Origin: Candidatus Methanophagaceae archaeon
Lineage (GTDB): Archaea > Halobacteriota > Syntropharchaeia > Alkanophagales > Methanospirareceae
Reading direction: 5' to 3'
NCBI GenBank assembly: GCA_003194425.1
Contig: PQXB01000001.1
Coordinates: forward strand, 190,444-222,443
DNA: 32,000 nucleotides
Made by a program: the position numbers and the translations under genes. The notes below the pieces were generated by a model. It was not told the DNA's origin. It did no database searches and saw only the letters and a list, made by a program, of their open reading frames with translations. Shown in pieces: positions 24,651-30,796 of the stretch (positions within the stretch are counted from its first letter, which is position 1; each line of letters opens with the position of its first letter).

Positions 24651-24950
24651 TTGAGAGGGGCAGAAGGGGCAGAGGAAGTAGTGCGCGTGCGACTCCCACA
24701 AAGGAGGGAGCGGGAAGTGTTAGCAGTAGTTGAGAAGTTGTTAGGCGGGCGGAGGGCGAAGGTGCAGTGCCTGGACGGTGTGGAGCGGCTGGCACGGATT
24801 CCGGGCAGGCTGAAGCGGCGGAAGTGGGTAAAAGCAGGGGATGTTGTAATAATTGTGCCGTGGGATTTTCAGGACGCGAAGGCAGACCTCATTTACAGGT
24901 ACGAACAACCTCAGGTGGAATGGCTGCGAAAGAAGGGCTACTTGAATTAG
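24651..24950 (+). CDS. eif1a: Translation initiation factor aIF-1A
   Basis: 99 aa. VRVRLPQRREREVLAVVEKLLGGRRAKVQCLDGVERLARIPGRLKRRKWVKAGDVVIIVPWDFQ is the S1-like OB fold of the eIF-1A family. No in-frame ATG is available upstream, so TTG is the start. Confidence 0.85.
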   Translation: MRGAEGAEEVVRVRLPQRREREVLAVVEKLLGGRRAKVQCLDGVERLARIPGRLKRRKWVKAGDVVIIVPWDFQDAKADLIYRYEQPQVEWLRKKGYLN

Positions 24951-25993
24951 AAGCGGAGGCAGAAGAAGCCGTAGAGGTAGAAGAAGGGCGGTGGCTGAGG
25001 GTAGAAGAAGGGCGGTGGCTGAGAAAGGAAGGGAAGCTGCAGTCCAAGGGAAAGAGGAGGAGGAAGGATTTTCGGGACAGGAAAACGGAGTTGGAGGTTC
25101 TCGACACGCTGACTTTGGAAACGCTCTACAAACTCTCGAAGCAGGGGATTTTAAAAGCGTTGGGCGGACCCGTGAGTAGCGGCAAAGAAGCAGTCGTCTT
25201 TCACGCAGTAGGTGGAGGCGGTGCAGAAGGAGAGTTGGCGGTAAAAATCTACAAGACCAGCACCTCTAATTTTAATACAATGTTGGACTACATTCTCGGC
25301 GACCCCAGGTTTGCGAGGGTGAAAAGAGACCGCAGGAGCGTCGTTTTCGCGTGGGCTCGTAAGGAGTTCAAGAACCTGAAGCGGGCGTTTGACGCGGGCG
25401 TGCGAGTTCCGAAGCCGATTGCCTGCGAGAAAAATGTGCTTGTGATGGAGTTCGTAGGAGAAGGGGAAGGGGCAGGGACAGAAGGAGCAGGGGAGGAAGG
25501 GGAGGCGGTAGCGGCGCCGAGGTTGAGAGACGTGCCCGTGGAAGTGCTTGAGCGAGAGTTTTGCGGTGGCGTTGAAGAACTTTTTTTGCGTGTCGTCGCC
25601 GCTGTGAAGATTTTGTACGCGAAGGCGGGGCTGGTGCACGCTGACCTCAGCGAGTTCAATATTTTGCTCAACTTCAACTTTTTCTCTAAAGAGAAAACCT
25701 TGACTAAAAGAGGCTCTGAAGAGAACTCCTTCACTAAAAGAGGCTCTGAAGAGAACTCCTTCACTAAAAGAGGGACAGAGGAGGCAGCAGAGCCCGTGAT
25801 AATAGATATGGGGCAGTCTGTGCTTTTGGAGCACCCTAACGCGGACGCTTTCTTAAGGCGAGATGTGAAAAATATCGTCGCGTTCTTTAACAAACTCGGA
25901 TTGGACTGTGCAGGCTCAGAAGACGAAATACTGAGGAAGGTGAAGGGGGAGAGGGAAAGGAGGGGGAGGGAAGAGGGTGAGAAGGAGAGGTAA
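24920..25993 (+). CDS. rio1: RIO1-type serine protein kinase
   Basis: The track ORF starts at 24767, deep inside aIF-1A in another frame. The first ATG in that frame is 24920. Motifs are FRDRKTELEVLD, SSGKEAVVF, LVHADLSEFNIL and IDMGQSV. It carries 24-bp x2 and 30-bp x2.4 in-frame repeats. Confidence 0.8.
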   Translation: MAAKEGLLELEAEAEEAVEVEEGRWLRVEEGRWLRKEGKLQSKGKRRRKDFRDRKTELEVLDTLTLETLYKLSKQGILKALGGPVSSGKEAVVFHAVGGGGAEGELAVKIYKTSTSNFNTMLDYILGDPRFARVKRDRRSVVFAWARKEFKNLKRAFDAGVRVPKPIACEKNVLVMEFVGEGEGAGTEGAGEEGEAVAAPRLRDVPVEVLEREFCGGVEELFLRVVAAVKILYAKAGLVHADLSEFNILLNFNFFSKEKTLTKRGSEENSFTKRGSEENSFTKRGTEEAAEPVIIDMGQSVLLEHPNADAFLRRDVKNIVAFFNKLGLDCAGSEDEILRKVKGERERRGREEGEKER

Positions 25994-25995
25994 AA

Positions 25996-26559
25996 ATGGC
26001 AACGCAACAACACAAACAGCAGATTAGGGTTAGGATTCCTCTGGACAGAGTGGGCGCTCTAATCGGGCGTGACGGTGCTGTAAAGGGGATTTTAGAGAAA
26101 AAATCAGAGACGAAAATAGCAGTGGACAGCAACGAAGGAGAAGTGTGCGTAGAGGGCGTAGAAGGTGGAGACCCCGTAAAAGTGCTCGGAGCTGCAGAGG
26201 TGGTAAAGGCAGTAGGCAGGGGTTTTTCGCCCGAAAAGGCTCTTGCACTGCTTGACGATGATTTTGTCCTGCTCGACCTCGTCTCCCTTGCCCACCTCTC
26301 GCCGAAGACGCTGAAACGGGTGAAGGGGCGAGTAATCGGGCAGAACGGGCGAACGAGGCGGACGGTAGAGAACTTGGCGGGCGTTAAAATCTCGGTCTAC
26401 GGGAAGACCGTCGGCTTAATCGGACATTCGCACCAGATAAGGACTGCGCGTGAGGCTGTCGAAATGCTGATAAACGGCTCGCCGCACAGCGCGGTCTACT
26501 CCTTCTTGGAACGGCGGCGAGCGGAGGAGAGAGGGAAGGAGGGCGTTCGTGAGTCGTGA
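25996..26559 (+). CDS. KH-domain RNA-binding protein (aDim2p/Pno1-like, two KH modules)
   Basis: 187 aa with LIGRDGAVKG and VIGQNGRTRRTVE GxxG loops. It starts 2 nt after the rio1 stop. Confidence 0.8.
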   Translation: MATQQHKQQIRVRIPLDRVGALIGRDGAVKGILEKKSETKIAVDSNEGEVCVEGVEGGDPVKVLGAAEVVKAVGRGFSPEKALALLDDDFVLLDLVSLAHLSPKTLKRVKGRVIGQNGRTRRTVENLAGVKISVYGKTVGLIGHSHQIRTAREAVEMLINGSPHSAVYSFLERRRAEERGKEGVRES

Positions 26560-27251
26560 GGAACTTTGAGGAGGAACGGCGGCGGCTGGTGGAGCGTCTC
26601 AGGGCTCAAGGCGTCGGCAGTGAGGAAGTGTTGGCGGCGCTGGGGCGTGTTAAACGGCACTTTTTTGTCCCGCAGCACCTTGCAGAGCAGGCGTACGCCG
26701 ACTACCCGCTGCCGATTGGCGAGGGTCAGACGATTAGCGCACCGCACATTGTTGCGCTAATGTGCACTTATTTGGAGTTGCGGCGGGGGGAGAAGGTGCT
26801 TGAAATTGGCGCTGGCTCGGGCTACCACGCCGCGGTCGTTGCAGAACTCGTGGGCGAGGAGGGACAGGTGTACTCAGTGGAAAGGGTTGAGTGGTTGGCG
26901 GAATTTGCAAGGGCGAACCTGAGGCGGGCGGGCTACACGCAGGCGAGTGAGGGCGTGGTGCGGGGCGACGGAACTCTGGGGCTGCCCGAGCACGCGCCGT
27001 ACGACAAAATAAGCGTTGCCTGCGCTGCCCCTGATGTGCCACCGCCGTTGCTTGAGCAGTTGCGAGCAGGCGGGAGAATGGTCATTCCAATTGGGAAATT
27101 TATGCAGACGTTGTATCTGGTGAAGAAGGAGAAGGGAAAAGAGAAGGAGCGAGAGAGGCAGGAGGGCAGGGAAGAGGTAGTGCGGGAGAGGAAGTGCAGT
27201 GTGGTCTTTGTGCCTCTGGTGGGGCGGTACGGGTTCAGGGAAGAAGATTAA
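26556..27251 (+). CDS. pcm: Protein-L-isoaspartate O-methyltransferase
   Basis: The GTG start overlaps the upstream stop (GTGA). Motifs are QTISAPHIVA, VLEIGAGSGY and VFVPLVG. There is a K/E/R-rich insert before the last strand. Confidence 0.85.
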   Translation: MRNFEEERRRLVERLRAQGVGSEEVLAALGRVKRHFFVPQHLAEQAYADYPLPIGEGQTISAPHIVALMCTYLELRRGEKVLEIGAGSGYHAAVVAELVGEEGQVYSVERVEWLAEFARANLRRAGYTQASEGVVRGDGTLGLPEHAPYDKISVACAAPDVPPPLLEQLRAGGRMVIPIGKFMQTLYLVKKEKGKEKERERQEGREEVVRERKCSVVFVPLVGRYGFREED

Positions 27252-27257
27252 AAGAAT
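27244..27257 (+). repeat. Left copy of the 14-bp direct repeat AAGATTAAAAGAAT (contains the pcm stop codon)
   Basis: Read directly. It is identical to 29086-29099. Confidence 0.9.
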
Positions 27258-27426
27258 GCAGAAGAGATTATTTGAAGGAAATGTTGAGCAGGGGGAAGAC
27301 AGGAATAAGAGGGAGGGGTTTGTGATAAAGGATCGGGAAAAGAAGCAGAAATATTCTGCTGAAGAGATAAAAAATAAAGTTATCTCGGGAGATGCTTTCA
27401 AAGTTCTTAAGAAAATGAGTGAGTAA
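27256..27426 (+). pseudogene. N-terminal relic (56 codons) of an N4/N6-type DNA methyltransferase
   Basis: MQKRLFEGNVEQGEDRNKREGFVIKDREKKQKYSAEEIKNKVISGDAFKVLKKMSE*. The end resembles the usual pre-DPPY N-terminus of beta-class amino-methyltransferases (NKIi.GDa.evLKklp....DLi.tsPPY). The ORF stops before any catalytic or SAM motif. Confidence 0.4.
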
Positions 27427-27451
27427 AAATGTTCAAAAGGAGTTTTTGAAA

Positions 27452-28186
27452 ATGGTTACTAAAGTAGAAGCAATCAAAAAGGTTTTGGAGGATTTTAATG
27501 GCGTGGCAACTTGGGAGCAAATTTATGAGAATATTGAAAATTTTTATCCGTCAGCTAAAGTAAGTAGAGAATGGAAAGCGGGGATACGGGGGGTTTTATA
27601 CAGAGAACTCAAGAATAACAGAATTTTTAAAAAGATAGGTTTGGGAATTTATGCGTTAAAAGATTATGAGGAGGAAGAGAAGCCAAAGCCTGAGGAGAGG
27701 AGAAGAATGCACCCTTACATTGAAGGTATTTGCTTGGAGATCGGCAGGTTTGAAGGTTTTGAGACTTACACACCTGATAAATCCGCTGTATTCACGGACG
27801 GTATTTATTTAGGTCAAATCGCAACACTTTTAGAAATTCCTCAATTCACTTATCCAGAAATCGTAAATGTCGTGAGAAGAATAGATGTTTTGTGGTTCAA
27901 CAGCGTAGGCTTTAAGTTTCCCAAATACGCGATTGAGGTAGTAGATGCCGCTGGAACGCTTACCGACGCTCTGAACAGGTGCTTTCAATTGGTCTATTTT
28001 AACACTAACTTTACAATCGTGGGACCTGTGGAATACAAGGATAAATTTGAAGGGAAGATGAACAATGAACCTTACTTGAGGATTAGAGAGCGATTTGAGT
28101 TTAAGGACTACAAAATAGTTACGGATTTCTACGAATATTCAGTGAAAATGGACGAAGTTAGAAAAGGATTTTTTAGGGGTGTGTAA
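27452..28186 (+). CDS. wHTH (HARE-HTH/Mrr-N-like) + PD-(D/E)xK-like nuclease-fold protein, family unassigned
   Basis: ATG at 27452 with AAGGAG 9 nt upstream, giving 244 aa. Residues 5-70 (EAIKKVLEDFNGVATWEQIYENI...IFKKIGLGIYALKDY) look like a winged helix of the type fused to restriction nucleases. A C-terminal domain with H87, E91/E96, IDVLWF (D145) and AIEVVD (E162) follows the H...E...iDv.W...P..aiEV pattern of restriction-endonuclease-like folds. Confidence 0.55.
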   Translation: MVTKVEAIKKVLEDFNGVATWEQIYENIENFYPSAKVSREWKAGIRGVLYRELKNNRIFKKIGLGIYALKDYEEEEKPKPEERRRMHPYIEGICLEIGRFEGFETYTPDKSAVFTDGIYLGQIATLLEIPQFTYPEIVNVVRRIDVLWFNSVGFKFPKYAIEVVDAAGTLTDALNRCFQLVYFNTNFTIVGPVEYKDKFEGKMNNEPYLRIRERFEFKDYKIVTDFYEYSVKMDEVRKGFFRGV

Positions 28187-28216
28187 GCAAGCGGAAGCAA
28201 GCGGGAGGAAAATAAA

Positions 28217-29107
28217 ATGAACTATGAAAAGTTTTGTTCAATTATGAACGAGCAGATATTCAGGGAGGATAAGAAAAAACTGCTGAGAATAATTGCTTCA
28301 CAGGAGCTGTATTTTGGAGATTTCAGCCTGTTAAATTCGCAAATATTCCTGGGCAGTTGTTTGCAGCATCTCTTGCAGTCCCGCGAGATTAGATTTGGAG
28401 ATGCGATGGAAGAGTTGATTTCGGAGTTGCTGCGTGAGTGGGGATTTAAGGTGCTTCCAAAAATAATCCTGCCCGACGCCGCGAATAAAAGGAAGAGGCT
28501 TGAAATAGACCAATATTTTACGAAGTCCGAGGGGGGGGAGGTTTTTTATTTCATCGAGCAGAAGGTTAGAGACGACCACGATTCCACGAAGAAGAAAGGA
28601 CAACTGAACAATTTTGAGGCGAAGTTGGAGTTTCTTTACAAGAAGCACGGCGAGAGGCTTGAGGGAATTATGTATTTTGTCGACCCTGATTTGAGCAAGA
28701 ACAGGAATTTTTATGCGGAAGAACTGAAGAAGATGGAAGAGACTTACGGGCTAAAATTGGAGATTCTTTACGGCAAGGAGCTCTTTGAATATTTTGGGAG
28801 AGGGGAGTTGTGGGAGGCGATTTTGGAGTGGTTAGGGGAGTGGAAGGAGGGTTTGCCAGAACTGCCGGAGATAAACTTTGATACCAGTCCAAGAGAGAGT
28901 TTTGAAGAGATCAAAGATTTGGAGGTAAGGTATTGGAGAAGAATCTTAGGGAACGAGAGGCTGTGGGAAGGAGGAATAATGAAAGCGATTTTTAGAGAAG
29001 GTGAGACTTTGCGGAGTTTGTTAGAATTTTTCAGATTGGAGGAGCAGGATCTCGCACACGAACGGTTGGCTGAGTTGCTTACTCAAAGATTAAAAGAATT
29101 TTACTGA
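28217..29107 (+). CDS. PD-(D/E)xK restriction-endonuclease-like protein (D98-x15-E114-Q-K116) with a helical W/E-rich C-terminal domain
   Basis: ATG with GGGAGG 8 nt upstream, giving 296 aa. LEIDQYF...FYFIEQKVRDDHDSTKKKGQLNNFEAK is a canonical D...ExK core. From memory it is similar to some type II REase families (possibly TdeIII-like), but this is unverified. Confidence 0.6.
   Translation: MNYEKFCSIMNEQIFREDKKKLLRIIASQELYFGDFSLLNSQIFLGSCLQHLLQSREIRFGDAMEELISELLREWGFKVLPKIILPDAANKRKRLEIDQYFTKSEGGEVFYFIEQKVRDDHDSTKKKGQLNNFEAKLEFLYKKHGERLEGIMYFVDPDLSKNRNFYAEELKKMEETYGLKLEILYGKELFEYFGRGELWEAILEWLGEWKEGLPELPEINFDTSPRESFEEIKDLEVRYWRRILGNERLWEGGIMKAIFREGETLRSLLEFFRLEEQDLAHERLAELLTQRLKEFY
29086..29099 (+). 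repeat. Right copy of the 14-bp direct repeat AAGATTAAAAGAAT (inside the last codons of the 28217..29107 gene, 23 nt upstream of the psd-like ATG)
   Basis: Read directly. It is A/T-rich and may double as the TATA element of the downstream gene. Confidence 0.9.
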
Positions 29108-29121
29108 CACAAATAACACCA

Positions 29122-29580
29122 ATGACCGAGCAGATGCTTTCGCCTGCGAGCGGGAAGGTAACGAGGGTTGAAGAAGGAGGAGACCGAGAAGACCGAGGAG
29201 ACCGAACGATTTCTATTTTTATGCACCTCCACAACGTGCACGTCACTGCCGCACCGTTAGACGGAGTGGTGAAAAAAATAACACCCGAGCTGGGAGGTAC
29301 TTTCAAGCCCGCATTTCTCCGCAGCAGCGATTTCAACACGAGGAACACGATTGAACTCGCGACGAAATACGGGGAGGTGAAAGTAGTGCAAATAGCGGGA
29401 TTTTTTACGCGGAAGATCAAGTGCGAGGTGAAAGTAGGGCAGGAGGTCGCTAAAGGAGAGAGAATGGGTAAAATCTGCTTTGGCTCTCGCGTGGATGTGA
29501 GCGTTCCCGAGGGGCTTGAGATTTTGGTGCAGAAGGGGGAGAAGGTGCGGTGTAGGAGGACTGTTTTGGCGGAGCGGTAA
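29122..29580 (+). CDS. psd: Phosphatidylserine (archaetidylserine) decarboxylase-related protein, short form
   Basis: 152 aa with LSPASGKV, HNVHVTAAPLDGVV, VVQIAGFFTRKI and KICFGSRVDVSVP (the G-S self-cleavage-type motif). Confidence 0.65.
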   Translation: MTEQMLSPASGKVTRVEEGGDREDRGDRTISIFMHLHNVHVTAAPLDGVVKKITPELGGTFKPAFLRSSDFNTRNTIELATKYGEVKVVQIAGFFTRKIKCEVKVGQEVAKGERMGKICFGSRVDVSVPEGLEILVQKGEKVRCRRTVLAER

Positions 29581-29608
29581 GCAAAAGCCTTTACGGTGCT
29601 TTGCACAC

Positions 29609-30748
29609 TCACTCCGTGACCGAGTGCTGCAGCCATTTTAAAATGTACTCGGGCAGTTTTAACCCCCGCTCGTTCAACCGTTCCACCAAGTGCAGCGGCA
29701 GCGGGCTGAGCGCAAAGGTCGCACGCTCGTAGAAGGTCGTGGCGGAGGATTTAATTATGAAACTGCCTGACTCGGACGCTCGCGACAAGGTAGATTCCTT
29801 GCCCACGATTGAATAAACGAAACCGCCCGCTTTCTTCTGCCCTTTGCACCACTCCAAGAGCGGCTCGGTCTCGCCAGACCACGAGAGTAGAAAGAGAATG
29901 TCGCCTGCTCGGGAGCGTGGTGCGAACGGGCCAGACAAGTAAGCCTCGTCTCCGATTGCCCGCTTGACGTGCTGCAGGCGAATTGCAGTCATCTTCGCGA
30001 CATTTCTCGCAGGTCCGAGCCCGCCCATCGTTATTCGGCTTCGGGTCTCGAGGTTGTCAAGAATCCGCTCGTAGCTCTCGGTCTTGACGAAACTACGCAC
30101 GAACTTTTTTATTTTTTTAGATTCCGCCTCTATTTTCTTTGGCACGCTCCCGTAGCCTGCCTGCTCGTTAATTGCCTCCTTCGTCTTCTGAAGTAGCAGC
30201 AGCGAGCCGAGTTCGTAAACATCGTTCATTATGCCGTGTTTCAGGAAACCGTTGGAGGAGTAGGGACGGTTCTCCCTGCCCTTCAGCTCGACCACGCAGC
30301 CATAATTTTTCTCTGCGATTTTTCCGATCGAGGACTCGGTCTCCGAGACGATGGCGTTGATCGTAAATTTCTCGCTCCTCGTTCGCTCGATGTAGTCCGA
30401 AAGTTGCTTAACCACGATTTTTGGCGTTGAGGTCTCGCCGCTGCCGGAATTAACGAGCAGTGCGATTTTGTCGTATTTCTTCTCCAAGACCGGCGCTGCC
30501 TCGACGATGTCTCTGCCGGGGAAGTCGATGTCTACCATTGTTTTCACCGTCTTCTCTTTCATTTGCCCCATTCCGATGTACAACGCACTCTGCGACCTTC
30601 CTTCGCCGACGAGGACGACGCAGTCCGCGGCGTTGAGGTCGTCGTAAAAAGCCCTGAACTCGCTGGGGTCGACGCTGCGAACATTTCGCGTTACTTTGTT
30701 GAGGTAGCCTATTTTTCTCTCGTTTTCTCTTGGTGCCATAAGTTGCAA
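29609..30748 (-). CDS. Tandem SIS-domain (phosphosugar isomerase/binding, PHI-like) protein
   Basis: 379 aa. The first half has VLVGEGRSQ...LVNSGSGETSTP and the second half has MGGLGPARNVAKMTAIRL...LLSWSGETEPL. Both fit the SIS GxGxS ... SxSGxT pattern. Confidence 0.65.
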   Translation of the reverse strand: MQLMAPRENERKIGYLNKVTRNVRSVDPSEFRAFYDDLNAADCVVLVGEGRSQSALYIGMGQMKEKTVKTMVDIDFPGRDIVEAAPVLEKKYDKIALLVNSGSGETSTPKIVVKQLSDYIERTRSEKFTINAIVSETESSIGKIAEKNYGCVVELKGRENRPYSSNGFLKHGIMNDVYELGSLLLLQKTKEAINEQAGYGSVPKKIEAESKKIKKFVRSFVKTESYERILDNLETRSRITMGGLGPARNVAKMTAIRLQHVKRAIGDEAYLSGPFAPRSRAGDILFLLSWSGETEPLLEWCKGQKKAGGFVYSIVGKESTLSRASESGSFIIKSSATTFYERATFALSPLPLHLVERLNERGLKLPEYILKWLQHSVTE

Positions 30749-30796
30749 AAAAGAGGGCTTAACACTCTTTAAGACTTTCGGTTTTTTTCTATTTTT

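Larger units (their letters stand above)
27244..29099. mobile_element. 1.84-kb AT-rich genomic island bounded by 14-bp direct repeats, with nuclease/defence-like cargo
   Basis: A perfect AAGATTAAAAGAAT sits at both edges. My hand counts of 60-nt lines give about 37-40% GC inside the island against about 62% in pcm. The cargo is unrelated to the flanking housekeeping genes. No integrase lies inside. Confidence 0.5.

Noticed and set aside
24767-24919. The upstream extension of the rio1 ORF given in the track (start at 24767)
   Set aside because: It would overlap 184 nt of the conserved aIF-1A gene in another frame, and the extra residues show no RIO similarity. The ATG at 24920 is more parsimonious.
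27244-27257. Treating the 14-bp repeat alone as proof of site-specific integration
   Set aside because: It is A/T-rich and TATA-like, and a 10-bp core recurs at 3689-3698, so a chance match or promoter-motif reuse cannot be excluded. I kept it as supporting evidence only because both copies coincide with the compositional boundaries.
29122-29580. The psd-like gene being 5'-truncated by the island insertion
   Set aside because: An in-frame stop lies 51 nt upstream of the ATG. Conceptual excision at the 14-bp repeats restores a normal TATA-like-to-ATG spacing, so the short form is probably native.
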